NCBI GenBank assembly: GCA_012295275.1 | Contig: CM022677.1 | Location: 12,648,001 to 12,712,000, forward strand | Length of the DNA stretch: 64,000 bases | From: Chrysomallon squamiferum | Taxonomy: Eukaryota; Animalia; Mollusca | Reading direction: 5' to 3' | Part shown: positions 25,135-40,178 of the stretch, in pieces | Numbering within the stretch: the first letter of the stretch is position 1 | Layout: each line of letters starts with the position of its first letter | Position numbers and translations under genes: made by a program | Notes under the pieces: model-generated | Seen by the model: the letters and a program-made list of their open reading frames with translations, nothing else | Database searches by the model: none | What the model was told of the DNA's origin: nothing

Positions 25135-28100
25135 GAAAAAGAAAAAAAGAAAGAAAAAGTTAAAAAAAATTGAACCAAAAAAAAAAGAAAAGCAGTAACG
25201 AAGAAAGAAATAGAAAGAGCACTTAGCTACCTTGTCAAAGTATCTCAAATTGTGATGTTTATTATGTGTGAAACTGCTATTATCCCCTTGACCATCACAG
25301 TGAGCAGTGTCCTCCTCAATCAAGGTTGATACTTTTATTGATTCTGTCAAAACGTAAATTTCTTAGGAAAACAAAAAAAAGGACAGATGCAGAAAAAGAA
25401 TATCAATTTTAAGGATTACATTCTGTTAGAAATATAAAAATACCACAACATTTAGTGCAAAACTACTTAAAGTTCTATAAATAAAAATAAGAGAAATTTT
25501 AAAGACCAAATTGTTCCTACGAAAAACATACTTAAAATAACCAATAAAATTCAATTTTAATTAACACACTGTACTACTTTGCAACTGAAATTAAATTAAA
25601 GTCTTACCTGCTGTCTTACTCTGGTATTTATTATTTGCTATTGCAGCTTTAAAACTGTAGCGTTTTATGCCAGAAAATGAATCTGTTTCTTCTTTGTCAC
25701 CACAAGGTTATGGTGCTGCTCCCTTGTCTCGTATCTTGAACAGTTCTTTGATGATAGCTTGTGAGTATTCCATTGTGTTGGACTGCTGCAGGTAGTAAGG
25801 TTTGCATTATGAACCAGTCCAGACTGACACCTCTGATGGGCAGGACAGGGTACAGTATGGCGGAAGTTTACTGACATCAGACACTGACTGATTCAAGTCA
25901 AATGAATGGTGGTTTAAGCTTTTTCACTTTTTCTTGACCTTGGATAATTTCTATCACCTGAAATTAACATTAAAAGATTAATGTTTATTAGCCACAGGTT
26001 TCTCGAGTTAAAATATGTTAAAATATGTTAACTCGAGACATTTTTCATTATGAATTTTCTTCTATTTGTCAACAAAGCTATCAATCTGTAATGGCAACAG
26101 TGAAAACAATGTACTTTATGTATCTATATTATGATAATTTACAAAGAATTCAAATTTAAAAAAAAAAATTCATTAATGGGTTGGAATGACTTAGGATCTA
26201 CTTTAAATCAAGTTTTTATCAATATGCTTTTATGTGACCGAAGAAATGTTAATTGATTTGATTCTGTTTTATTTTCCCTCTCACTAAGTATATAACAATT
26301 TTATTTACCAAAACAGGTGAACTGGGGATACATGTTGGTGGGTGGTGTTGCCTGCACATCCCTCCTAACTCCAGTGACATCGGCTTTCCTTTCTGTATAA
26401 ATAAAATTTTAAAATATAATAAAATAAACATATCATACAGAAATTAATAACAAACGTGTTACACAGATAAATCAAAAATGAAACAATATAAAACATCCAC
26501 TCAAAAACATTATTTATGAATATATACATATAAGTCTTCAAGTTCAAACTCATGTAAATAATGCTTTAACATAAATATAATAATTATGCCTTCTTGTAAA
26601 GTGGTAACAATCATTAAACACAAATAGAAAAATTATCTTAAAGATCTACTAACATCAATCTAATTTAATATGAATGAAAAACAAACATTTTACACTTTTT
26701 AAAACATAATTTAATTAGATTATTGCATGTGTTAAGACATTTAATTAGATTATTGCATGTTTTATCATTTTATTTTTATTATTAATTTGTTATTAAAATA
26801 TCTTTTGACACGAAAAGCTGGTTTCAGTGATGAGACTTTCAGAAAAACATCTGTGTTCTTTATGGATCTAGATCAAATTTTATGTTATTACAATTTATTC
26901 TGTAGGAAATATACTGGATTTAATCTGTAAAATATATTACAAAAATATATATACACTTGTGCATTAGTTTTGATTACTTGCTTACAGACTGAAATAAATG
27001 ACTAACCAATACCTGAACCAAAAAATATATATGAACTCTAAAGGTGTCTTACTTATTACTGACAAATTCATATTTTTGTTATATCACTATATACTGTTTT
27101 CTTTAAACACAGTGTTATGTACAAAGAATCCCTTTAAAAATTACCTTACATACATTTTGATATTAAAAACGTTTTTTTTTTACTGTTTCTTCTTTTTATT
27201 TTTTCTTCATCAGATATTGAACTCTCATAAAAAATGAAAATGTTTCTGTTTTGTTATCATTGAATAAAACAATGAATAGAAAGATTTTATTTTGTTTATT
27301 TTTTTACTGCTTTGATGGTTTCTTTTTATTATTGTTTTGTGGAAAAAACTATCAACTTTATGAAATACCTGACAAATTCTAATCATGTTTGTTTCCTGTA
27401 TAGTGGCAAAAATAATCAAGTTACAAATTAACATAGTAAAAAAATAATCAAAGAATAAGACATGGTTTCAGTTGTTAAAGTCTAAGTTTTCACTTCTACA
27501 AGTTAACCAACCTGATAATCCATACATTCTGTATCAAAATCTTGGTGGACCAATTTCCAAATGTCCTGCAAGTCATACTGCCTGAGTCTTTTCTCTTTTA
27601 ATACATTTTCCTGCAAACAAAATTACATCTTCTACAATATTGATCACCTCTTACATAATAAACTTGCAACTGACCTATAAACGATGATGTATTTAATGAA
27701 GGCAAAGTTGCAAAAGAAAAAAAAGTCAAAGTAAACCTGCCTGTAATCGTGTCAACTGAAAAAGATATAAATGTAAGACATTCAGCAGGTTTTCAGTTAT
27801 TTAGGAATTGTTTGTTAATCTAAACTGTTTATATTATTTCTGATCAGATTGAAATTATGGCAGATAAATTATCAAACCAAAATTTGTGTGTTTTTATTTT
27901 TAATGAATGTATGATGGAAGAATGAATGCGTCCATTAAGTTCAAGAACAAAATTAGAATTGAACTAACTTCTAATTGAGAAGATATTTCTTTCTCTCTCT
28001 CCAGTGTTTCTTGCAGCTGGCAGATGTCACTAATTTTTCAAAAGATTACCATATTTAGAAAAAAATGAGGTTTAATAAAAACAATAACAGCATTTCTTAA

Positions 28101-31100
28101 ACAAAATCTAAACAAATTATTTACATTTTGTTTCTAATATATATTATTCTAATGAAAAAGCTAGGAAAAGTATTTTGTAAAAATATTTCTAAGGATTTGT
28201 TAGTTTAACCAACTGTAAATACCATTAACAAAGTTAAGTAATTTAGCTTAGACACAGAACTACTTAAATAATAAAATAAAATAAAATAAAATAAATATTC
28301 ACACATTCAGCGTTACAGTATTTTTCACCAAGTTCTTTACTGAAAAACATAGAACAGAAAAATATTTGTTATTAATATTTCATAAAACCATACTAAACTT
28401 GTATTTATATATGTCACTGATTATGATGTAACAACAGTAATGTATACAGTTCCTTATTTGCCTAGTGGCAGACAGAACAAAACCTGGCAATTCAAAACCA
28501 AAGCATATTTAGATATATTTTTCTGTAATCATTTCTCTTTTTTTCCAAAGTAAACCTGTTTTACCAAAATAAGTTTTTATTTGTGAGGCTTACTGCTGAA
28601 AAGTGAAAAATAAAAAAACAGACTCATTTATTAATAGTTTTGGGACAAAAATGTTTTCTACATACTGGTGTTAGAGAATAAGCTGACAGACAAGGAATCT
28701 TTTGTATGCACCTTTACATGAAGACAAAACACCATACACCTGTAGGCTAGTTACCTCTCAGACACCAAGCCTGCACTCAAACCACTGATATGTTTTCTGT
28801 TCCTTTAATTCAAGTACAATTAATATGTAATGGGTTCACATTTATTTTCTACATCTCTGAAATAATCTCAGCATGTCTGTGGAAGATTACTTTCAAAAAT
28901 GAGACACACAGTTTGTTTGCTGAATGACAAAGCTGTGGCATGACAGGCTAATACCGACAAATAAAAGATGCATCTTAGATCAAGAGAAAAAAAAATTAAT
29001 CATTCTGAAGAAGATACAACAACTCATGTACTTTAAAGTTATATTATGATCACAGCTTAACCATTATAGAAATGTTGGGCAAATGTAAATGACTCAGTCA
29101 AAATGTATTGGAATATTACATTTGAATTTTGGTGCCAGCCAAAACAAATGCTAAAGACATTAATGATATAAGGCAAGTTATAAATATAAAGATACTAACC
29201 TTGTTAAATTTTCAATACTGCAACAGTTTGCTTTCAGTTTGCAAATCTTTTCTTTTTCTTTTCTTTTTTCGGCGAGTCCTTGAAAACTTTCCACAAGCTG
29301 ACCTCTCAGTTGCTCAGTCTGAAAATTAAAATCATTATTGCAAAGTTATATTATTGAAGACAACAAAGTATCAAATATACATCATAAACATGTTATTTAC
29401 TGCTCCAGACTTTTTCTGCTGAATTAGTCCTACTTTTTATTATTATTATTCTTTTTATTTATTTAATTTTTTCTTATAAATGCTGAAAGTAATTTATTTT
29501 ATGATCCAGTTCTCAGCCATTTTATCGGAATTATTATCAAAACCAATTATGGTTAAAAACTTCTGAATCAAAATATTTAATTAAATAATAAATACTGATT
29601 TATGTCCCACCATTTCTGTGGTATTAAGGCACCTGTGAATGTACAAAGACACCAGCTGCTCAAATCATTCATAAGTGAAATATTTTTTTAAACTGCATAT
29701 GTTCTTAACTTGAACCCCACCTATAGATATCAATAAAAACTGCTACAGCTGATGTTAATCATGCCCGCTACAGCATTCTGGCATATATTATGTAATAAGA
29801 ATACAATTTGATTTCTTCTTCTGTTTAAATCCTAGTACGTTTTAATAAAGTATGGTAACTTCCAAGTAATAATAATTTTATTTATTCAGAAAGGAAATAA
29901 TATTTTTTATTTATTTAGTTGCTATTGATTGTTTTTTTGTTTTTTAACTTTTTATTTTTTTAGATAATTTAAACATCAACAATAATTTAAACATCACTAT
30001 CAGTTTTGTCCACATCTCACTTTAAAAAAGTTAAAGAAACAAATGTTAAATTAACTGCTAAAGAAAAAAAGATTACAGTAATTAAAAAAAGAAAAATGAA
30101 AAGCAACACATACAATACATTATTGCATAGAATTAATCATGGTTCAAACTTATTTCAAGATACTGATTATGTTGTAAAAGTATATGAATGAAAATTCAAG
30201 ACTCATCAGAACAAAAATCTATCAGAGAGAGAGATAAATGTGGTCTAAAATCAAAAATATAATTATTTAAGTATCTCACAGGTATTTAGACTGCTAATTC
30301 AAGGTTTCTTCTGTTACATTTTCTCCATTTGCAGATGACAATGATCCACACATTTGCATGTCACTGCAATACTGACATCTGTAAGAAGCATCACAAAGTT
30401 CTTTCAGTAATTGGTTAATGTTGATCTAAAAACTATTTTTCTTATGATGGACTGTATTCATAAAACATTGTATGTTTTGACTTAGACAAGTCCTTTCAAT
30501 AATACTTAAAAAAAAAAATAATAATAATAAAATTTAATCATGAATCACGATGACTTTGAACAATAGATTAATAAATATAATAATATTAATTGTCCATTAC
30601 AAGCAAGATCCTTTGAAATACTGATTCAAAAATAGCATTTACTAAAAACTAAAGTACAATAAAAGAATGATAATTAATATGTAACAGACCAATGAAAACA
30701 GTAACATTCTCTTTGTCAGCTTCTGTATCAAGATAAGTCCAAATCAGTTATGAAGATGTTTCTGCAGGAGCAACTATTATTCAGTGGCTTTATTGTACCA
30801 ACCTTGTCTTTTTCACACAAAGGTGATGCCAAACGTTTCATAACAAATATAGATTACTTTAACATTAACACTGACTGTTATTATTTTATAATTATTACCA
30901 TGAATTGATTCGGTATGTATTATTGTAAATCTATTAGTACCTCAAGGCTGTTAAAGCAAACCTATTGAAGTATGAATTAAACTATAAGTTGATTTAATGA
31001 ACAAAATGTAAATAAACAACATCAAAAGCAAATGACCTATCTTCTTTATCTGGCACTCAATCCAAACCCCAGTTCAGCAACAGTTTTATTTGTGGATAAT

Positions 31101-33289
31101 CATATTAAAACTAATTTCACCAAAAAAAGTAGTTCACAGAAAATGAAAATTAGCTTTGACCAAAAGTAAAAAAACATGTAAGAATAAAATAATGCATACA
31201 AAAAAAAAATAATAATAATGTTGTCTCTTGGTAATAAAATTAACAAAATACTTCAGACGCTGAAAACTGAATTGGAAATAAGTTAGATATAATTTAAGTT
31301 AATATCTCTAAATATTTTTCAATGTCAGTTGAAAAAATAAACTCTATTCACCATTTACACAAATGAAATAAACATACTTCACTAAAATTTTCTTTTCTAG
31401 AAGCTTCATAATAATTTCAGTCTTTGAGCTTTCCTTCTTGACTAAAACCAACAAAACAAAGATTTCAGATGAAAAATATAAATGTCAGCATATACAGGTA
31501 CATATACATATACTGAAAATATAACACTGGAAATATAAAAATAACAAATATGAAATAATTAATTATTCAGTGGTAATTTTCTTTATTTTCAGTAACTTAT
31601 CAATCCATTTCATAACTTCAAATAAAATAATTTTGTTCAAGGTAAACATTACATAGCAAGAAGAGAACAAATATTACTGCAATTCCAAATAATGCACTTG
31701 TTGCTTTTGTTCTGAATCTTAGACATATCTAAGAAATTTGATGTAACCACTTTTTTAACAACAGCATTCCCACCTCCTCCATCAACATCAGGATTTTCTG
31801 TTACTGACATGTGAATGTCAGCTGATTTACACAGTGTAAGCAAAATCAGGCCTGGCAAAATCTGCAAATATAAAACAAATAAAACAGTAAAAGACGACAG
31901 AATCTATTCTCTGCAGGAGCAGCATCATCAGCAGCAGAAACATACTGCCACTGCTTCCACAGACATCCATTTTATGGCAGAAGGGAAGATGGTAGAAAGT
32001 GTAAATGTGAAAATAAATGAAGAATGTATTAATAACAATTAAGATACCAGCTATAACATGATAATTTCACAAATTTTAAAATATATTTTAAGTTAAAATT
32101 GTCTTTTTCTCTCTCAAAATAAACTATGATTCATCTGCAAGCATTAAACTTTTACAGAAGAGCAGTTTACATTACAAAACCCCAATTTACATTCATTAAA
32201 AATTGTCCTGTATTTTTTATTTAATATGGCCTTAAGTAGACTTTTTTTAGAATATAGGTAAAAACACTTACTTGCTGATAAACTTGTTTGATGTCTGATG
32301 TCTTTTAAGTCAGTTATGTCTTTCATCACTATGACAGTACCTTCAAATAGTAACCATAGACATAAATGAATTCATTAAATGGATATAGTTTCTACTGGAA
32401 TAGAGAATTACAGTTTACATTTTTTAAATCAAATCTTTGTACAAAAAGACTACAATAATAAAGAAATGAAAAATATAATTAAAAAAATTCGGTGTGAGGT
32501 ATTTGTCTCATTTGCCTTAATGTTTATTATTTAATATTTACTTGTAATCATTGACTGTCACATAAATGATATTAAAATATTGTGAATGACAAAATTAATA
32601 TGATATTTATATTGTTTTTATCTCTCGAAATTTTTATACAAGGTTGTCTTTTTCTGTGAAAATTAATGTTTTTGACTCACACATCTATGTCAGCTATGGA
32701 AAAAATAAGTGTATAAAAAATATTTTAAAAGTTGACAAATCAGAAAATATAATAAGAAATATATCACCACTAACTATTGCATACAGAAACCCTGTGAAAA
32801 CCTGAAGTTCTAAGATTCTATTGTTTAAGTTAGTTTTCACTGGGAAGTTTATTTAATATTTATTTTATTTATTTATTTATTTAATATTTATTTATTTTAA
32901 GGATTGTATTTATCTCATTTATCTTATTTATTTTATTTATTTTATTATTTTATTTATTTAATATATGTTTACCATTTCACAAGCAAACCTGAAAAACAAA
33001 AAAAACTAAATTTAAACACTCAACACTGATAGTGTCAATCAATAAAAAAGAAACAAGAAGCAATCTTACTTTTATAGTGATAATTAAGTTTATACAAAAT
33101 AATTTCACCAACTGATTTGCTTATTTACCCTAAAGTAACCTAATATTTGCAGCAACTATTTACTTTAAACAAAACCATTTCAGCAACCGAAATATTTATT
33201 CATTATATTATTATTTAAATCAGTTTTGAAATATATCGGTATTTACATTTTCCCCATCAATAGCAAAAATCATAATGAATATTTAATGG

Positions 33290-34610
33290 CCGAAATTTGT
33301 TTTTTGGTCCACCATATTTTTTAGATGAGTTTTCAGCTCTGTGTGTGTGTTTTCCAATACTTGTCACGTGTTTTTAAAACCCCTAGACATAACAACAAGA
33401 ATAAATATTGGCTCTGTGACACCAAGACATTCTGGTAATTCCAAATAATCATTCAGCACACTTTGTCAATCACAGCTGGAGTTTTTTGTTGAATAACTGC
33501 AGCTAAACAGAATCATGCTGCCAAATCAATGTAAGAAATGTACACCTGACTTCCATTCTTTTAGATCCAGAGCCACATCATTAAATTCTGATGCAAATGG
33601 AAAACACACGATATGTCTGGGTGAAGTTCTTTTGAATTTTTGTACAAACATCGCAAGTTTCAGTTACCTCTTATGACAATCATCATCACTGCCACCTGCA
33701 TCCTTTAATAACACTTGAAGTCTTTGATTCAAAGGATGAGAAAACTGTTTATGAAGTTCTAAATTGATTTTCTTATCAGTAATAGTGTAGAAAAGTTGTT
33801 TTGGATAATCAAGATGAACACAGTGTGTATACAAATTAATCTGCTTTCCAAGAATTGTGCTCTGTCATGCTCTAAATCTTACACTACGTTGCACTTTTCA
33901 CTGCTGGTTTTCCCAAAAGTAATGTCACTTTCAACCACATCTGTTACATCTGATACATTTTACACCCACTATTTTACAATGAATTGTTACTTATTTCTTT
34001 GATTTAAGGCATTTACCTGCACCAGATTAGAAAACGGTGTCACTAACATTTCATTAACTTGTTTAAGTTTCTGTGTAAAGTATCCAAATAACATTTCATC
34101 CAGTATTCACTGGCAACCGTTGAATTATATGCAGTCAAGAACAGCTGAATTAACTATAATTTAAAAAAAAAAAAAAATCGAAATGCTCCACCACGACGCT
34201 GATTATTTCGCTTTCCACTACATAAATTAATACCAACTCTTGAATAGTTATCATTTACTTGTTTCAACAAATATGTCACATCGCTGTAGTCGGCACCAGT
34301 AAGTACAAAGTTGTCGTTCTCTGTGACACAAATCAGCTCCATCCGGTAACTTAAACACTAACATAAACGGCTGCAAGTTCGTCTTTTATATATTTTCGTT
34401 AGCAAAGTCGCCATTCTATCGTCTTTCATCAACGCCGAGTTCACTAAACACTTCATCCGGATGGATCTCTTCACTTTCCTGCAATGATAACGCTATCACT
34501 ATTTCTTTTTCCAAATCTAATTTCATCCATTCATCTGCTGTACGTTTTGTAACTTTCGGTCGGCGTCTTCTAATAAAAAATAAATTAATAAGAACGCTCT
34601 GTAGCAAGAT
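33290..34610 (-). mobile_element. Degenerate Ty1/Copia-order LTR retrotransposon (gag-protease-integrase)
   Basis: Gag-like EKEIVIALSLQESEEI..EVFSEL and VLTGADYSD; protease-like AVLDC at ~34140; integrase LHKQFSHP..RLQVLLKDAG..CDVC..FNDVALDLKEWK..IDLAA*F..VIDKV. Integrase follows protease with no RT between them. Confidence 0.7.
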
Positions 34611-35129
34611 TTAATTCATCGTTAAGCCCTCATTTACAATACGATACATTACTCCAAAAAACATGAATAACAAGCACTTCTTCCGATAGAGTTCCATTCA
34701 CAAATCCAACACCAAACGTAATTGGCTGAATTATAAAACAGTGACCTATGATTTGATCTGTAATAAACATATCCATCCAATCAGCACTATTATAAGTTCT
34801 GCAGCAGTCCAACTGGATTTTTTTGGCCAATTAAATTAATAATTAAAAACAAGGATAAATGTACCCACTTTCAGACAATACTAACCGGGTTATGGTGCTT
34901 TAGTTCAATTTTTAAATTTAAATAATTGATTTTTTTTTTTTTTTTTTCCCCATATTCTTAGTGCTAGCTGCAGGATTTATAACATCTTTTAAATTAAAAT
35001 AAAATAAAATGTAAATAAGTTAACTACATATATGTTCTTATTTGTTTTAGTTGCAGGTGTTTATAGTATCTTTTAAAACAATAAAAAGACCACTGGCAAA
35101 AAAAAAAAATATATAAATAAAATAACAGG

Positions 35130-35500
35130 TTTGGACTACGTGGACCAGAAGGAAGCAGCCAAAAAAAACAAAAAAACAACAGCAGCCAAGAGCAGAACAA
35201 GAAGGACGGCAAACAACACGGACCCGGTGATGGCTCAGAGATTGTGCCAGAGACCACAGGGGGCGAATTGCGACTGCGAAACATCGGTACCGACTCGTTA
35301 CGATCCGATATGCTGGACACTCCCTTGTGTCCTGCAATTGTGGCGAGAACCACCTACCCAAAACTCTTTTCTGCGATGGACACTCCCGCTGACCTGTCAG
35401 AAAGTGTGCCCGTCGTAGACGTGCTTCACAACAGCTTGCTCTGATTAGCATGTTAATTTTTTTCCATTCCATTCGATCCAACTCGATTACAGATTAACCA
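35130..35500 (+). mobile_element. Possible 3' fragment of a non-LTR retrotransposon
   Basis: GC/CpG-rich island with LRLRNIG...PLC and CNCGENH in adjacent frames, loosely like the C-terminal zinc knuckle of I/Nimb-type ORF2. Confidence 0.25.
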
Positions 35501-37239
35501 CCCCGTCGCAGAATGCACACCAATTTGAAAGTGGTCCAAGATTTTCTGGTAAACCTAAAGAATTATGTTAACAATTATTGTTGGAGACTGGGTACATCTC
35601 ATTAACTGTTTATATCTTTTCATAGTTTTGAAGAAAAAAATGCCATGTGCATTAACTTTAACTTAATATTTATAGTTACTTTTATTATGTATTAATAAAT
35701 AAAGTATAAAAAATAATAATACTTAATTCAGTGTTTATATATTAGTTTACATTATATTTCTTATAAAAATGTTGTCATTTATTAAAATAGAAATATATTT
35801 TAAAGTCAAAATGTAAAAGTATATTTACTTTTGTTTTCTAATAAATTTAAAAAATATTTTAAAAAAGAAATAAATAAAAGAGAAAAATCCCAGGTCTTGT
35901 AATCTTTTCCTGTGCCTTTTCTCAGCTTAAAAAATCGCATTAATTTATATTTCTCCGTATTTCTCTGCATCTCTTTATAGAAAAATAATACTTCCTTCTC
36001 CGACTATCTCTATGTTGCACAATTTACATAATAAAATATCCAAGTAACATTATATATGTTATTATTTTTATTATGCAGGCATCATTATCCTTAGAAAACA
36101 GACGTATTATTAATAAAATATAAACTCGATTTTTTTTTCGCTCTGCTGCTAGTCGTGTTATCTCAAGTTACCAGTAAAAAAGTCTGTGACATCGTTCTTT
36201 ATTGATATGACTAGATTTATAATTTTGGTGAAAGCAGACACAGGAATTAATTATTGGTCATTCTAAAATTCTTCCTGCTATATAAATTAAAATAATCACC
36301 TCTGTTACATGATCCTCCAGTACAGGCTTCTGTGGTTGTGCAAGCACCACTAGCACAAACCCTGAAAATTCAGATCTGTGCAAGAAACATATGTCATGGG
36401 TCATCAGATATTCTTATCCAAGGGGGACCACACTGAAAGGATCATAATTTAATATTTTTTATAATGGTTTTGCTTTTAATCAATAAAAACTAGAATGTCA
36501 AATGTTTGAAAGAAAAACTGATGTTTAATTTAACTAAAGAACTCTTATTTGCACAATGCAAACCTAATCAGTTATTATTAGTAAAGAAAATTTACATTCT
36601 AAAAATACTGCCTTAAGTCAGGTGGAAATAATAACATCTAAGTGCCAAATCAGTACACATATAATTTCTTAACCAGTAATATTATAATACATTTTACTAT
36701 ATAAAGTAATAAATTAGTAACAGTATAACAGTGATAGCCAAATATCTCTCTTGTCGAGTCTCACAGCTAAATGAAAGAACGATAGTTAAAATTATTTAAT
36801 ATTACTGGATGTATACGATATTATAATATTGTTGGGAAAGTAAGTGCAGTTAATACTGGTGAAATAACTTTTAGTAAGTTTATTCGAAATGATTTAAGTT
36901 TATGAATTTCGAATTGTGATGTTTTTAAAATAGTATTTCTCATGATAAATATTAATAATTTTGTTGTTATGTTTTACAGAGTAATTTGTGATCAACATCT
37001 ACTGTAGGCAGATAGATTACATTAGAAAATACAAATTATATACTGTAGGATCAAAATATTTGTACGCTGTTTTTGCGTTGGATTCTCAATAGCAGATACT
37101 CCGGGAATAGGGCAACAAAGATCCTATGTAAGTTAAATGGTGAAAAAACTGTTACCTAATTAAATTACCAGTTTCAGCAGATGAAGTGACTGTAAAAGAT
37201 TTTAAGTGAGCTCCCTTTACGAAAGTTTGTTTACGCAAC

Positions 37240-37360
37240 TTCCACCAACTTTGTGTAGGGACGCCAATAACACTGTCGTCACAGCGCGTAACTGACGTCA
37301 CAAACCCGAGCCAAATACGATGGCAGGTGCCCGGAATACCAACATCTGATTGGTTAAACT
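37240..37360. promoter_or_regulatory. Promoter-like CpG cluster
   Basis: CCAAT at ~37264, CRE TGACGTCA at 37293-37300 and ATTGG at ~37349 in a CpG-rich patch. Confidence 0.3.
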
Positions 37361-37472
37361 AATGTTTATATAAACAATGTAGATGTTTTTATTTATTTAT
37401 TTATTAATTATTAAAAACAGTATAAATTAAATTTTATTTTCTAAAGAGATACTCTCATGATATTAAACTGAA

Positions 37473-37506
<34 letters not shown>

Positions 37507-38143
37507 ATCTTTGCTAACAAATATTTTTAGGTGATACTCTGTAAAAATATAGTCTAAGCACATTTTAGATATTTTCTCAGAATAGTGTTAGTATATTCAA
37601 CAGACAACTTAGTAATTTTACATTACTATAATTAATTCTGAATATAAGCTAAGGCCAGGACGTGATCTCTGAGCCTGTTTGTTTATAGATTAGCCATTAC
37701 AGCATTGTTAAAATGTGAGTTGTTTTGTGTGTGTGTGTGTGTGTGTCTTCTTTTATTCAACATTTCATTCATATTTCATTTTATTTTAATTTCTTAATTA
37801 ATTTTTATTGTTTTTATTTTTTAGTAGTAGTAGAATTGTACTACTATTGTTTTTATCATTATTACTACTACTACTACTACTATTATTATTATTATTTTTT
37901 TTTTTTTCTCTTTCTCATATATCTCCGTTTCTTTTTCTTTAGCAAGAAATAATATTACACTGGTTATTCTGATATTTATTGATCTACATGAAATTTATGT
38001 TCTTAAGTCTTATTTATATACAGTAACACATTTATTTTATTAAGCAGGTGAAAATTCTGGATTTTATACAGGGAATAGGATGCTGGCAATCTCAGTTCAC
38101 TTTTGAGAGTAAACATTTGTGAGTGTCTGTGTTTATGTATGTA

Positions 38144-38255
<112 letters not shown>

Positions 38256-40141
38256 AAAGTGTTATATGGTAGAGGAGCAAGAGAACATTTGGGGTATTTT
38301 CTCATCACACAAATATGTTAACACACGACACCCTAGATCTGTACCTGCTGTCTTCTGTACAGAGAAATATCTATTTAAGTTACACTTGTTGTTTAGACGT
38401 TATAATTACTATTTTTGATATCTTTTAAAATAAATATAATTTTTTCATTTTCTGTTATTGCCTTGTTTTTCGTTATTAATGCCTTTAAGATAAATTTGAA
38501 TGAACTGTTACAAATCTCTTCAAAAACCTTTGAACACATTTGTAACAGTAATTTAAGTTTACAAAATGTATTTTACTTACGCATTTAGATTCAGAAAAAT
38601 AAATTTAAATAGCATAAAATATCATGTTACGTTTAATAAAACGGACACTTCAAAGCGGTATCTGAATGTTCTGCTGTGTGTTTTTCAGTGAAACATCTTC
38701 TGGTGTTTATAAAATGTCACACTAGACGCCCCTTATTTATTTCTCGATATATTTGACGTCACATATAAAGCTACTGTTATTTATAAAAACATTATAACAC
38801 GGAAGCACCATCTATATTTCTGAATGTTTACAGTGAAATCATAACTTAATTTTCAGTATAATTTGTCGTATACATACATAAGTTTGTGTGTGTATGTGTG
38901 TGTGTGGGTCTCAGTTATAACATTAATTATTTTGAAATACTTTTACTTATTATTGAAATTTCACAAATATATCATCTCATTCAAGAAGGATATAGAAATA
39001 AAGAGTGCTTCCAGACTGCAGTTCTCTGTTACTAACAAAATCAGGATTCGTTTTTAGCTGCAATGAGATCGTTTAATTAAATATTGATTTTTCTTTTTCT
39101 AGACAGGTGTGTATTTAAAAGCTGAGGTTACATTTTTAGATATTAGCAAATAATTAATTATATATGAAGTGATATTCATCTTAATATTTCTAGTTGGAAG
39201 TGCAGTGAATATTCAGGAATAAAATATAGCAGCCAGATAAAAATGACAGTTCATTAGCAACTGTGATATTAATGTGATATTTCTCAACGGAATTTATGTT
39301 GTGTTTACTACATCAGATCAGAATAATTTGTTACTCAGCAAAAATAACGTAGTGTTTTTGTTAAGACAGTACACTATTTACATATCACCACTGATAAATA
39401 GTGTTAGATGTTATTAGCTTGATCCACAGAATATATTTATGCTGAAAGATAACAGTGGATTCTTTAATAGTCTGGTCATTCTGATTGAGGCACATCATGT
39501 GATCCAGAAAAAATGGCAGTATTATTTTTAATTTTTTAATGACATATCCAAAATCTGCTAAAATTCGCTCAGTTGAAGTCTGTCAGATTTAATTAATAAA
39601 AGTTAATATCAAATTTGAATTGACGTTTTATTTACTACCAGAAACAATTTGATTAATCAAAAATACATCCAAATTTTGAGATTTATTAAACAATTTTCAT
39701 TAGATATATATTTATTTCACAGGCATTGTTAAAATTAGAAATAATTTTATTACTAAAGAAGGGAGACAACTGTAACAGAGCATTCATACAACGTCATTCA
39801 TGATGCGAACTCTTTCATAGAAAAATGAATATATATATATATGTATGTGTGTATTATGCATATATGAATGTATGTATACATACATATTATAAATGTAGAT
39901 AGATTGATGAAACCTGCATATATGTGTGTGTGTGTGTGTGTGTGTCGGGTAGTGTTTTTTGAAAGAAACCTATTTTGCACTTTTATTTATAGATACAAAA
40001 TAAATTTAAAAAAATGGATACTATGTAAACAATTTTTGAAATGTTTAAAAAGACACCCGAAAAGGTGAATATACCCTTCATTTGATTAGTTTCTACTTTG
40101 TTATTGATAACAGATGATAGAATAGGTTCAAACACTGATCG

Positions 40142-40178
<37 letters not shown>

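Noticed and set aside
25880-25957. VKKLKPPFI*LES resembling the DBF4 motif M
   Set aside because: Only a short match; no BRCT-like or DBF4 zinc-finger exon found and flanking peptides do not fit.
27737-28342. Two candidate micro-exons between the 29200 and 27512 exons
   Set aside because: The flanking exons already join in phase 0 with a natural peptide (KFNK|ENVLKEK).
30714-30823. Plus-strand exon-like segment with EQLLF..GF..P similar to the 22090 region
   Set aside because: Similarity is ~16 bp in AT-rich DNA and compatible with chance.
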